Positions 1 through 15,566 of a stretch of 64,000 bases of DNA are shown here, one piece after another. The stretch is from Chrysomallon squamiferum. Its lineage: Eukaryota > Animalia > Mollusca. The stretch covers positions 13,888,001 through 13,952,000 of the forward strand of contig CM022679.1 in assembly GCA_012295275.1 (NCBI GenBank), given 5' to 3'. Under the pieces are notes generated by a model, which made no database searches, was not told the DNA's origin, and saw only the letters and a list, made by a program, of their open reading frames with translations. Both the position numbers and the translations under genes were made by a program. Every line of letters begins with the position of its first letter. Position 1 is the stretch's first letter.

Positions 1-3000
1 GTTGACATGAAAGCAATGCGTCGAGCTATCAGCAAGAAGACATGTATGGTAAGTTCATTCACCATACCATTCTTAAAACTTTCCAGTGATGTCATTTTAT
101 TTTTTCATACATTTTACAGTTATACAGATGTTAAATTTAGTGTCAGTTAGTTGTACTTAATATATTTTTAGATTAGTGTTTTAAGGTTTGTTGTCATGAA
201 AAAAATTATTTTGTTTGTTTGGGTTTTTTTTTGCCTTCTTTCAAATTATTAATATTGTAATTTTATTCATTTGGTGCTTTTTTCTTTGAGCATTTCTTTC
301 ATTCTTTTCTCTTTCAGTGGATAATATTACATAACATGACATTTTTTATTTCAAATAAATAACATTAACAATAATATAAACAATATCCAAACATCAGATC
401 TGCTGAATCTAACTTTTTATTTTTTTATTTTTTTTTTATTCTTTATTTTCTAGCTTGTTGGTTCAGCACCAGGATTTCCTCATGGTGTTATGGATCCAAT
501 TCAGGAAATAGCAGAAGTGAGTTAATTTTAAATCCTTCTGGAGACAAACATATTTAAAGCAAAATTCATTTTTCTTTTACTTATAATGTTATTTGGGAAA
601 TGATCATAAAGTTATATTAAGTGTGTATTTTCTTCCATCTTGTTTAAGAATAGATGGCTATGTTTATATTTGAGGCTGTTGTTGAAAAATACTCAGGATC
701 ACATCTTTCCACTATCATTCTGATCCCAATATCCAGACACATTCATTCACCAAAACCTGATAAAAGAAAATCCAGTTAATAGCAGGGCATATATTTTTCA
801 CAGTAATATTTCTTTTATTTAATTGATAAATTATCCATTGAGTTAATTTAAAACCAAAAACATCATGCAAATATCTGTTAAATTTCAAATGTAATGTACT
901 AACAACAGATTTTCAGAGTTTTTTTCAAATTTGGATATAAAAATCTAATTAGAATCTAGAAAATAATGTAAACTATTACAAAAGAAGATAACATTAAATT
1001 TATTTTACTTTTAGTTGGGCAAAAAGCACAACATTCCAGTTCATGTGGATGCATGCCTTGGTGGGTTCTTGATAGCATTCATGGGCAAAGCTGGGTATCC
1101 TCTGGATCCTTTTGACTTCAGAGTTCCAGGGGTGACCAGTATATCTGCTGACACACACAAGGTAAGCATTAAGAAATTCAGTTGTGTTATGTTGTGTTAA
1201 ATATCTCACAAAGAAATTCTTTGAATTATTTAAATTTAAGTTATAAATATTAAAAAAAGAATACCATAATATTTTAAATATCTTATGACATCCTTTCATC
1301 TTCACAAATGTACAAAATGTTATTATATTTTTCTTAATTTCAGCATGTGGAAGGGATAGAAAAATTCATTTATTACTAATTTTTATTACTATTATTATTA
1401 TTATTATTATTATTATTATCATCATCATTATAGAAATTATGATTGTAAGTCTATTAATATCTGTGCAGCAGTAACTTATCACTGATTTCTTTTTTTAATC
1501 CAACAGTATGGTTTTGCACCCAAAGGTTCATCTGTGATAATGTATTGTGATGCCAAATACAGACATTATCAGTACTTCCAGCAAGTGAACTGGCCAGGTG
1601 GAATCTATGCAACTCCTACCTTAGGAGGTAATTAACTAATTTTGTCTTCATAGGTATCTCAAAATTAGTCAAGATATATTTTCAATCACTTTTCACATTA
1701 ATGCTATTTAATATCATTTAAAGGTTTTTGATTTTTGATTTTTGATTATATTTTTTTATTTTTTTTTACATGCTGCATTTGAAACTTATCTTTTGTTTTA
1801 TTGTTCTCCATAAAATCTTAATTGTGTATTTTATTTTTTAATTTTTTAATTTATTTTTTATTACAATTTTTTTTATTAACAGGTAGTCGAGCTGGTGCCA
1901 TCATAGCTGCTTGCTGGTCAGCAATGATGTTCATGGGAGAGAGTGGATATGTCAATGCCACTCGCAAAATTATCAAAACAACAAGATTCATTGTAGAAGA
2001 GTGAGTTTAAAATACATAATAAAAAATGTTCAGTATCTGTTGTTGTTACTGTCGTGTGTTTTGTGGTGTGTTAAGATCTGTCATAGTATATTTTGATGTT
2101 TTCTATCACTTTGTTATGGTACATTATGTTTTGTATCTTTTTTTTTTTTTAATGTTTATAAATTGTTGTTACATTTATTACTTTATGCTATGTAGATAGG
2201 TTGCATTATATCAGTGGCATGCAGACAGAGGGGCTGAAAGGTGGTGGCCTGAAGGTTCCAAATGGGGGAGAGCATCCAATCAGAGAAAAGAACTTAATAA
2301 ATTTGGTTGATTTATATTTAAATCAAATAAAGTGTTTATTTTATGTTTCATCTGTGTTTACATGTTCAAAATATCTTCCTTTCTCATAATATTTCTCAGT
2401 ACTAGGCCTTGTAATTGAGTCTTTGGGGCATACAATCAAGGAGTTGGCCCCAGGCATCACCAAACCTCTGCCACTGCATCGTATTACATTACATTAGGTT
2501 ACATTATTTCATTATTTTGATAAATATTTTGATATGCTTTGTTTTGTATTGTTTTCTTCTGTTACATTATTTTTTGCTTGTGTGATGAATTTTTTCTGTA
2601 AATATTCTTAGTATCATTGATGGTTTGTTATATTCACAGGTTGAGAAAAATTGACAGTATTACAGTGATGGGCGACCCTCAAATCTCAATCATAGCAATA
2701 ATGTCAGAAAAGTTTGACATCTACCGACTGGTTGACAAACTTGGAAAACGAGGCTGGACTCTTAATCCACTACAGTTTCCTCCCAGGTTTGTTCACCTTA
2801 TTTGATACAGTATGTTAGCTTTGAAAATTAAAATAAAATCTTTTAAATTCACTATTTTTTTTTGGTTTTTATTAGGTTTGAAAATTGCACTTTTTTTTCT
2901 ATTCATTTTGCTATTTTTTACAATTTTTTAATTAATTGTTGGACAACAGGTTTAATAAGCAGAATTATCATTTAAGAATTTTGACACTAAACCAAAAATT

Positions 3001-3120
3001 GTATTGCTCCAGAATGAACCAGTTTTTAACTTACATTTGTAAAACACAAATAATTATACATAAACCTAAATCAGTTTTCCAGTTCACTAGCAGCTTTTAT
3101 TTTCCATATCTTTAATATTT

Positions 3121-3163
<43 letters not shown>

Positions 3164-4345
3164 TCCAAATATATCCGAATGTTCAGATACATATTTTTCT
3201 TAACAAAATTTAAATATAAAATCTCTGTACCATACTTTATTCTGAAGATAAATATTTACTATCTCAGCTTAATCTGCAGTTGTCTTCTGAATTTCTTATA
3301 TTTTTGGTCTGATTAAAATTTGAGGCCATAGATGTTTTCCATTACAAACAGTGAATTCAAGCTTTTGTCTTGTTCCTTCTAAGAGAAACTAAAATGTATA
3401 TTAACTACAAAAATGCCCTATCATGGCAAAATAAAGCAAATCATTATTTCAAGATTCTGAGAAAACAAGTAAAAACAGAATTTTTGTATGGCTCTTAAAA
3501 CTAACTTGATTCCTTTTGCCCCCCAAAAAGGCCTTGACAGGACAGAAATGTACTAGAAATTCAGAACATATATTTGTCTTATACATATTATTGTTATTGT
3601 TATTGTTATTATTATTGTTATTTAAATATTTTTTTGAATCTTGAATAGTTTTATTACCTAATAATTTAGAAAAAAAAAAAAAAATTAAATCCTGTTTTCT
3701 GTTGGGATAATTATATCAATGTTATCAAATTCATTGCAAAAAAGTGGAAATGTTTATTTATTTATTATTTTTTTTTTCCCCAGCATTCATTTCTGTCTCA
3801 CACTTGTACATACATATGAAGGTGTAGCTGAAAGATTTATTAAAGATGTTCAAGAGTTCACCAAAGAACTTATGAAAAATCCTGAACTCAAAGCTGTTGG
3901 ACAGGTAGGCAAAACATTGAAAAAAGTATTTGATCTTACTGATAATTCTGTATCCAACAAAGTTTGCACTGAATTCCATTTTAGAAACATGGCATAAAAT
4001 AATTATTCCAATCATGAAATCATGCATTGCAAAAACTAGGTGATAATGATTAAAACCAGAATGAATTGGTAAAGCCTACATAGTGACTAATATATTTACT
4101 AAAAACATTTGTGTTGATATTTCCCCACAGAAAGTTTAGAATCTTTTTATTTTTATTTTTTACTATTATTATTTATTTATTTTGATTAGATTGTAAAATA
4201 ATTTTTCTGTTTCTTCCAGACTGCTATTTATGGCTTGGCTCAGAGTATTCCAGATCGATCCCTGGTGAAGGAAATTGCCACAATGTATCTGGATTGTTGT
4301 TACAACACAGAGGTTCCTCAGTCACCTGTCAATGGTGTTGCCTAA
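1..4345 (+). CDS. SGPL1: Sphingosine-1-phosphate lyase, 3' part (5' end outside the window); exons <1-48, 454-516, 1015-1161, 1507-1627, 1883-2000, 2640-2786, 3784-3904, 4220-4345
   Basis: GT-AG exons join in frame: [114 protein letters not shown]. Colinear with animal SGPL1; PLP-binding Lys motif ADTHK-YG present; stop TAA 4343-4345. Confidence 0.97.
2212..2476. mobile_element. Non-autonomous hAT-like DNA transposon (MITE) in an SGPL1 intron
   Basis: Terminal inverted repeats CAGTGGCA/TGCCACTG, GC-richer ends, and 8-bp flanks CATTATAT (2204-2211) and CATCGTAT (2477-2484) consistent with a decayed 8-bp target-site duplication. Confidence 0.65.
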
Positions 4346-7019
4346 ACAGATGTGATATTCTCACAACTGCCTGTACACAGTGATGTGAAATGAATGAATA
4401 TCAAAAGTTTTTGTATTTCTTTATTGAGTCTAGCTTGGATTAATGACATGTAGTAATTTATTCCCAAGTTAATCATGCATTGTTTAAGCAAGTGCAGTTT
4501 GGTGAAGATGTGAACATTTTTAAAATTTTACTTTCATCTTTATATTTTCATTTAGAAATGAAATTTAAAATTAAAGGATTTTGCAAGAATCGTGACAGAA
4601 CATTGTAAACAAATTTAAGAGCTTTATATTTTAATTCACTGTTAATACTTCATTAATATTTGAAGTCAGGTGAACTACTGAAAATGACGGACCATCTTTA
4701 GGTTGATATGCATGTAATTTTATGTTAATATATATTTTTTCTTATTTATTTTATAACAAAACTTGCATTTTTAGATATTTCTTATTTCATCTTGAAAACA
4801 TGTAAGTTATTAAATTGAGGACATAGTTGAGAATGCGGGTACCAGACCATTTATCCAACAAGCATGGTATCAGAGATGACTGAGATTTCTGAATTTTATA
4901 ATTTTCTGACCAAGACATCATATGCATGCATGTGTGTGTGTGTGTGTGTGTGTGTACAAAATTGTATTTAACAGTTTCAAAAAAATATTCTTCTGAATTG
5001 AAATCTGTGGAAACCAGATAAATGGTGTGGTATCTATGCACAGTATGTTGTAATATATGTAGTTTATTTGTTTATGATTTATAAAACTTGAGGACTGTTA
5101 ATAAAAATACATTTAGCAGTAAAACTGACTTGCATCTCAGGAAAAGGTGATTTTTAAAAAAATATCAAGAGAATTATCAGTAGCAACTAAATTAAATGTT
5201 GTTACAGTTATAGAGATAAAAATTATAATTATCTTCATCAGTCTTCCATTAATTACTGATTTTATCAGTTCCTATTGCTTTAGTACTATGGATTGGGTTA
5301 AAATTAATTTGTTGCCCAATTGATTTAATAAGAAAAAATAATGTAAAAATCATTTCTGAATTACTTCTGGGTAGAAATTTCAAAGTCTAGTCAAGAACAA
5401 AACGGATCCAATGCAAATATTTTACATTTATTTATTTTTTATTATTTAATGCTAATAAAACATCGAGATTTGCAATGGCTTCAATGTTTTATTTTATTTT
5501 TTAATATGAATATCACTTTAAACTATTTCATTTGACAGTAACCAAATAAATAAATAAACTAAATATGTGGTCTGTACTCTATAAATTAGGAATGGAGAAA
5601 TTACTGTTTTGTCTTTCATTGATACCCCCTGTGAATTAAATAATATTTTAAATGAATAACATTTTGCTATGTATTTATTTTTTCACTCTTTAAGATGATT
5701 TAATCTACTGTTACATTTAGAAAATTAAGTATTTGTTGCAGTTTTTAAATTCATAATCCAGTACTAAAGCTTTATTAGATCATTATACACAACTTAATTT
5801 CAATAGTTTTATTTGAATAACAATAAATAATTTAGTCCCATTTTTTCATATGCACTTTTTAATCTCTAATATTTACATAATTAAATTATCCTATAGAATA
5901 ATTTTTAGGAGTTCTTTTTATTTTTATTTAATTTAAGACAAAAAAGTTCTCCTTTGAATTGGCAGTTATTATTATTCATAAATGTTTTTAAGATAGATAA
6001 TTTGAATAAAATTATATAATGTGTGTGTGTATTTTATTATTTTTTTTCCCCATGTTTGGTATTTTTATTAAGCATTCCTGTACATACAACTTTAAAAAAA
6101 AAGTATTTTCTGTATAATTAATTTTAATAATACAGCTGTATATATCAGTAGTTCATATAGTGTACATACTGATTTGTCTTCAAATGTTTATAATGTTTGT
6201 CTTTTTTATATACTTGTTCATTTGACTTTGTTCATTTGTGATGTTTGTAATGTAAAACATTTATGTTTGACATTATTTGACTGGCTTTTCCTTACAGCAA
6301 ACTTAATTTATATAACGTATATATAAATGAAAAATTTGATTTGGTTATTCTGATGTTCTGGAACATTATTAATATTCTAATAAATAAAGGATTTACTTTA
6401 TTTATTTATTTATTTATTTATTTTACTTTTTACTTTTCCTAAATCTACACTTAACATGAATATTGATTATTTGCACAAATTTAAAAAAAATATAAAAGTA
6501 GATGTTTTAAATCAAATCATGATTGAAAATTGTGATCTTTGTAATGAAAGCTTAAACAAAATTTGTCTTAATCAAACACTGAGGTTTAAATTTTTTGTAT
6601 TTATACAAAATTTATGAAAATATTTATGGCTGAATTGTTGGAGTGTGTATGTATTAGTAATTTTCATTATAGTTTATTTATTGTCACTGTTTGCACTGAA
6701 ACTACCTCTAACTGCATCACTACTTAAAATACAGGTTTCATTATTTTCATTCATATTTGAAACTGATGACCAGCCACAAAAATCTATGGTGAACAACTTT
6801 TAGACACTGGTAGGAATATTTCATAATTAGTGAAAAACAACTGCTTTAATTATGACAAGCAATAAGTGCACTTATGGCAAGCTTACATTTACATATTATT
6901 TTTGTTATTATTTTCATTGTTGCATTCACCAATTAGAAAGTGTGAACATTTGTTTTACAACCCTCTCACACGTGATATTACTAATGGTTGTTGACATGTT
7001 TTCAGTGATGTGAGAAAAC

Positions 7020-7222
7020 ATCTATTATAGCCGTTCTTGTTAGTTAGCAGTAAAGTTTTTTTTTTTTTTTTTTTCATATGCTCTTTCCTATAAACATGAA
7101 CACCCCTGTCATAGCATTTTTAACTGGTCATCAGATAATGGTGAGAATGGGAAATAGCTAGCATGCACACTGAGAAGTATTGATCATGTAAACCTTGGTG
7201 CACTGGGCAAGTGCTCTAATCT
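7020..7222 (-). mobile_element. Decayed tRNA-derived (Meta-type) SINE
   Basis: Reverse complement reads ..TTAGAGCACTTGCCC..CTCAGTGTGC..GCTATTTCCCATTC..TTACTGCTAACT, aligning by eye with the copy at 47612. Confidence 0.6.
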
Positions 7223-8369
7223 GTGTTTTGATTTGTATGGATGGTTATGCATGTGTAATTTGAATAAGACTTGATAAGATGATTACCATCAGTTTGTAGT
7301 GGTCTTTTTATTAATATGTGTTTTTCTTGTTTGATATATAAAGTAAATAATATGTTTTCTTATCACAAAACTGCAGTCTGCACTATGCATGAATAATTTG
7401 AATATACTTGAGCTGAACAATAAATATGAATTGTGTTTTCAGTATAGTTTATTTTCTGTTATTATATGCAATTACGGTTTGCTGTTATCTAATTTATCTT
7501 ATTTTGATTTATAAATATTTCATTCAGGAATAGTCATAATAAAAATGTGTTTTTATTTCTCACAGTTTTGAATACTCTGGCAGATCTGTCCTTAACTTAG
7601 GCGTCTCATAATTTTCCCCAAAAGTGCCTTGCAATGCCAAACGTTCAAAATTAGTACATGCAAAGAGGTTGTTAAAAAATTAATTTAATTAATTATACAC
7701 TGGTAACAAAGCTCTAATGTTAACTTTGACAATTCAAAATTTAACTTTGAACCATACTGTTGTTAATATTTAGTAATTTTTATAATGTGGCAGTATTATT
7801 TTAAATATGACAGTAATATAAAATGGTATTAAGAGACAAAAAGAAGAAATTATATAAATTTTTACTTATATAGATCTGTCACTTATATAAACAAAGAGAA
7901 AGTATTTATTTTGTATTTATCATTTATGTGTGTACTAATCATAAAAGAAAGTACATTATGATTAATGGAATTATTTTTATCTGCTTTCTGAATTAATATA
8001 TTCATACCTTTTTATTTATATAAAGTTTAAATTCAGGACTAGTATGTGTATATACCTTTTGTTAAAAGTGCAGTTAGTAAAGTACAAAACTGTCTTAAGT
8101 ATTTAGAACTCTTTATACTTTTAACAGTATTGGCCTGATCAGAAGTATTATGGTTAGTGAATTATTTATTCACAGAACTGTAAGAATAAAATGCGATGAA
8201 AATGTAGTGATTGTAATGTTTGTATGCTGTGAATAATAAATTTCTGTTTTGGTAATGGTAATAAATCTTCAGACTGAACTTTGGGTTGAAGTTAATTTGT
8301 TCAACAGAAAAACATAACAAAAAAATGTTTATGTTTCGAAGAAGAATAGTGTTTTTTGAGATAATAAAA

Positions 8370-8842
8370 TAGTGGTATCTTGAGTTATGAGTGTCCCAAC
8401 TTACCAGTTCTCCGAGTTACAAGCACTCACATGGTCGATTTTTCACTTTGATTTGCAAGCCAAAATCTGAGTTACAAGGGAGCTTAAGAAACACCGCCTT
8501 TAGTTGGCACAACGAACAACACAACATCCGCCGAGCATCTCACTTGTTTGCTTCAAGTGGTTACCTCAGTGTGGAAGCACATCTGTTGTGTGGTGCTTGC
8601 ATTTTGTGCAGTATTTTGCCAAATTTTCATGGATCCTAAGAGAGTGAGTGCAAAGGACAGTGCTGAGAAGAAGTGGATGATGTCCATCAAATTATAGCAT
8701 AAAATCATAGAAAAACATGAGCGAGGTGTGCGTGTAGTCAACATGGCTAGGCAGTACAAGCGTAATGCATACTAAAATGTACCATACTGAAGCAGAAGGA
8801 GTCGATATAGGCTATAACTAAATTTCTAAGTTGCGGACCTCT
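8370..8842 (+). mobile_element. Tigger/pogo transposon fossil: left end and disrupted N-terminal CENP-B-type HTH coding segment
   Basis: From ATG 8629: MDPKRVSAKDSAEKKWMMSIKL*HKIIEKHERGVRVVNMARQYKR, frameshift, CTILKQKESI*AIT, then ISKLRTS (8822-8842). This is a typical TIGD1-like N-terminus. TIR-like (C)AGTGGTATCTTGAGTTATGAG at about 8370. Confidence 0.85.
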
Positions 8843-9040
8843 AACCTTTACAAAACTAATTTATTTATTTATTTTCTCTTTTATTTTGTTTTTATACAAT
8901 ATTTGTCATGTATACATACATCTTTAATATTTAAATACATGTTTTTTTAAGTTTTAATTATTTATTTTTTACTGTTTGAATTTTTTTTATTTTTTATACA
9001 TCCTCTGTTATTTCATTACTTGGATGGATTTAGTTTATTA

Positions 9041-9878
9041 TTTTGTTCTGTACCTTCTATAACAAATGGCTGTCTGTCCTGCCAAATTTGAGTTTCCCAT
9101 TCAAATAATCAAAAACCTCCACGTTCCAAAACAAATTAAAGATTTTTGGTATATGGAGTGTACAGAGGAACCACATCCCAGTTTCTTGTAATTGACATGC
9201 CTTATATACACAAGTGAACTCAGACAGAAAGAAAACACCATTCTTAAAATGATGGCATTGCCAACCAAAAATATATTTTTGTCTTCTGAAATCATTTTAA
9301 AAATTACTACTATAATATTACTCCATGACATATACACGTGTATATTTCTTATACGATTAGGTCTTCTCCGTTTTTATTTTTATCTGAATAGTGTCAAAAT
9401 GGTCTTCATTCAAATTTCATTATGTTCTGTACTTTTGGTGAACCCAGAACTCATTTTTCAAATAACAAGTTCCATATTACCCACTCTTCTGGTGGGGATG
9501 TCATCACTCACCAGGTAATGTTGCTGCATTCAAGGTACAGACAAGATTTTCAAAGAGTGTTGTGGAAACAGTGAGGAATAATAAACAGCTGTCTGTCCTG
9601 CCAAATTTGAGTTTCCCATTCAAATAATCAAACACCTCCACATTCCAAAACAAATTAAAGATGTTGGTGTACAAAGGAACCACATCCCAGCTTCTTGTAA
9701 TTGACATGCCTTACATACACAAGGGAACGCAGACCTAAAAGAGCAACCCATTCTTAAAAGGATGGTGTTGCCAAGTTGTTTTTCAAGTGTAATATTACTC
9801 CATAACAGATACACATGCATATTTTTTATATGATTAGGTTTTCTCCTTTTGTATTTTTATCTGCATATTGTCATAATT
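9041..9878 (+). repeat. Head-to-tail dimer of an unclassified interspersed repeat (copy A 9041-9400, internally deleted; copy B 9421-9878)
   Basis: GCTGTCTGTCCTGCCAAATTTGAGTTTCCCATTCAAATAATCAAA at 9069 and 9588, with about 300 bp of continuing similarity; both copies begin TGTTCTGTAC. Confidence 0.9.
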
Positions 9879-10410
9879 CTTGTTTATTCTTTTCTTTTTT
9901 CCTCCTTTATCAGATATAAATACAATTAGTTATTATCAGCATCTGATGTTAAACTGCAAATATATTCACAACTGTTACACTTTCTTAACATGGACCAGAT
10001 CTCATTCCATTTCTATAAACATTGTTTTTTTGTTTTTTTTAATTTCTTAAATAATGTCTTATTAAAAAAAAAAAAAAAGGTGATTTCAATATAAAAATTA
10101 ATTTATAACTTATTACAATAAAAATGTCTCAATAATGAGTATGTGATGCTCCCTTAATGATGGAATTTTTCTTTACTTTCTTCTATAAACAGATATAAGC
10201 TTTATATTTATATAAACAGCAAGTGGAAAAAAAAAAAAAAAAAAAAAAATTAATAATAATGAAAAAAAAAGAAATAATGTATTCAGATAAAGCAACATAA
10301 AATGAAAAAATCATGGACAATTTTGTTCATATGTTATTTTAATACTTGCATACAAACAAAGAAAGCAGCGTGGTTGTGAATGTCTTTTAATTTCACTGAA
10401 CTTAATAATA

Positions 10411-12516
<2,106 letters not shown>

Positions 12517-13611
12517 CTGAAATAAATAACAATTTTAAAAAGTAATTTAAATAAAAATGTCAGCAGAAAATATCTGCCACAACAAAATATGGAAGGATTT
12601 CAATTAAGATGATTTTCAGGGCTTTTCAACTTTTAGAACTATAAAAAAGATAACCACTGTAAAAATTTCAAGTTGCATGTTCTTGTATATATTCTGTTGT
12701 CAACTGTTTTTGCATATTTGCAAGGACAAAACACCAACCGCCCATTGTAAATGTGGACAAAACCCCAGCTATTGATTTTATACATAAAAAGAATATCAAC
12801 GTAACTTGCAACAAGCTTTTGAGACAATTACAATGATCCTGAAAAAAACCTACCCTACTTGCACGAGACTCCTTGATTAGTTGATATGTATGATTTTTTA
12901 ACAAACAAATGAACCTATGAAATAACAATACCTTTAGTTTTTAAATTTATGTGTATGGTCATCTATACATGTGCCTTTATCTATACACTCATGTAGTACT
13001 GTGAAAAAGTATGATGAAGTGTTACTGTCACTGTCAGTGTATACACTATACAGTAGTCGCTACCAAACTGTGCAAAAAATCTGTTGTTTTGTCCTGCTTT
13101 CAAATGTACATTCACTGTCAAAACAGTAACAAGCATGAACCAATTTGACTTTTATATCGTAACTTTAAGATGAATTATTAAAGTCAGAAGGTGATATCGT
13201 TATACAATAACACATCGACTCTTGATCTAACAATCAAGATCAATGCGATTTCAAAGACTGCGACTCGATTCTTGACAATATTTCAGACATTTATAATTAC
13301 CAATTAAAAGTATGTAACAGTTTTAAAGTATGATCTTTTCAGGGTGTTTTTTTTATTATTATTATATTTATTTTTATTTTATTTTATTTTATTATGTACA
13401 CATTATGCATATAAACAGAACACAAGGAATTACCGATTTCTGTTCGACTGAAATTTTTAAGAGATTTTTTATTTTATTTACAAAGCTTAAAATTATATCA
13501 TATTTAATTATTGAAAAAGAAACGGGTGTTGTAATTTCAAATATATGTGTTCATTGTTATAATAACAACAGATGCTAATGATAATTGTTGGATTTTATCT
13601 CGTGTGCTTAC

Positions 13612-13655
13612 TTTCTACTACTTGCGAGCTTCGAAATCTCGCTGAAAAGGGAGAA
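13612..13655 (-). promoter_or_regulatory. RPS14: RPS14 non-coding first exon with TCT/5'TOP polypyrimidine start
   Basis: Minus strand TTCTCCCTTTTC (13655-13644), a short exon ending AAA|GTAAGC at 13612, locally CpG-rich sequence, and an Ets-like CCGGAAA about 25 bp upstream. Confidence 0.85.
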
Positions 13656-14549
13656 TCACGAAAATGCTCGTGTGATTTCCGGTATTTCGACTGGGCTTTT
13701 CTATTTACTACGCTAGCGGTCGAATAACTAATTTTTTGTACGGCGTTCGTTCGTTTCCGTATGACCGGAGTTGTGGGTAGGGGGATACAGTTATGATATA
13801 ACAGAGTGAATTATAACCATAAAGAATAATACAAATTCGGTTTAATTACATAAGTGACTGGGATGCTAACAGGAAATGAAATTTGTTAGAATTTATACCA
13901 GCTATAAATTAATAATTCGATACATATAGCTGTAAATCCGAAACCGAGTTATAAAAGAGTATCGTGACAATTTCAAACTACAAATATATCTGGATTTGAT
14001 TTAATAAATCAATTTAAAAAAACAACAACAAAAAAAAACAGAAATTAACTATAAATTAATTTAATTTAAAAAATAATTAATTAATTAAGTAATAAACACG
14101 AATATTTGAGCACATACACTGAGTTTAAAGACAGAGGTAATTAAATATCCAGTATAAGAGGCAACAAAAAAGCAAATTTGTGTTTTAATGTGCATATACC
14201 TGAAACTGTATTCCTCTTGTTGTTTTATATTTCGAGCAGCTACACTTAGTCATTTTTCTTTCCATCGTAGCTACAAGGTGCACCTTTTTCGTCATCTTTT
14301 TAACTCAAGGGATGTAAGGCGCAACGATTCCTTAATTTCACAAAAAAAAAAAACAAAAAAAAACACACACGCACACAAAACCCACAAAAAAAAAAAAAAA
14401 AAAACTAAACACAGCATACTGACATTAGCTGTGATGTGATAAGAAAATGCGTGTTGACTTGATAATCCAAAGTGAGCTTTAATATTTTTAAACGACCTTT
14501 TAAAATTTATTTTTTTAATGACAAACCATAAAGCATAGGTAAATATTCA

Positions 14550-14550
<1 letters not shown>

Positions 14551-14604
<54 letters not shown>

Positions 14605-14635
14605 CAACAACAACAACAACAACAACAAAAACAAC
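14551..14635. repeat. Compound (AAT)n(AAC)n microsatellite
   Basis: Directly visible. Confidence 0.95.
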
Positions 14636-15282
14636 ATTATAAACATTTCAGAATTTTTCTTCATCTTCCTTGGCTTTTGTTGATATTTATTCATAGAAAA
14701 AGGAATAAATCAGAAAACGTAACTTTTATGTCAGACGATGACTTTTACCAAAAATCTGAAAACAAAATATTGCAAATTTATTAATCTAGTAATTTATTTT
14801 TTATTTTATTTTTTATCTATTTTTTTATCACTAGAGTGTCTGCAGTTTAAAAGCGTAACTTCTTGAAATTTTTGTATTGCTTTACGTCAGACGCTAATTT
14901 TAAGTAAATTTAATCACAAAATTAGTATTTGTTTTGAATAATTTAATTTTGTTAACGACTCAAACAACAAAAAATAAATAAATTAATAAAAGATGAAGAA
15001 GAAGGAAAGAAAACGAGGGTTAAATTGTTTCAGGTAATATTATTCTTTATTATTATTTTTATTTATTTTTATCTATTATTTATTTATGTTTACTGTTTCT
15101 AATTAAGGAAGCGTAACTATTTTGATTACTGGTATAGCCAGTGTTTGCGTGTGCTTTGTTTATTTTTTTTTTTTTTTTTTTTTATTTACAGTATAAATAC
15201 ATGAAGCCAAATTATGCATGTTTCGTATTCTCTCTTGGTTAGTGATTTATAAACCATCACAAATTAATGCTTAATGAAATTG

Positions 15283-15566
15283 TAGATGGGGATCCTATGT
15301 ACCCTCCATAAGCCAACATTTTTTGTTTTGAAATGTGGAGGTTTTTGAATAACTGAACGGGAAACTCAAATTTGGCAGGGCAGACAGCTGTTTATTATTC
15401 CTCACCTTTCCGCCAATGCTCCTTGAAAATCTGGTCTGTACCTTGAATGCAGCGACAGTGAGTCACCTGGTGAGTGATGACACCCCCACCTGAAGTGTGG
15501 ATAATACGGAACTTGTTTATTGAAAAATGAGTTCTGGGGGACTGTTCACCAAAGGTACAGAACATA
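15283..15566 (-). repeat. Inverted third copy of the 9041-9878 repeat family
   Basis: Reverse complement aligns with 9421-9690 (TATGTTCTGTAC..CCCAGAACTCATTTTTCAA..TGTCATCACTCACCAGGT..GCTGCATTCAAGGTACAGAC..GTGAGGAATAATAAACAGCTGTCTG..GCCAAATTTGAGTTTCCC). Confidence 0.9.

Noticed and set aside
12830-12846. TTTCAGGATCATT on the minus strand resembles U3 snoRNA box A
   Set aside because: No boxes C', B, C or D at the expected spacing.
12600-13150. Telomerase RNA or RNase P/MRP RNA as the identity of the intron 1 structure
   Set aside because: No CTAACCCT template and no recognisable P4 (CR-I/CR-V) motifs.
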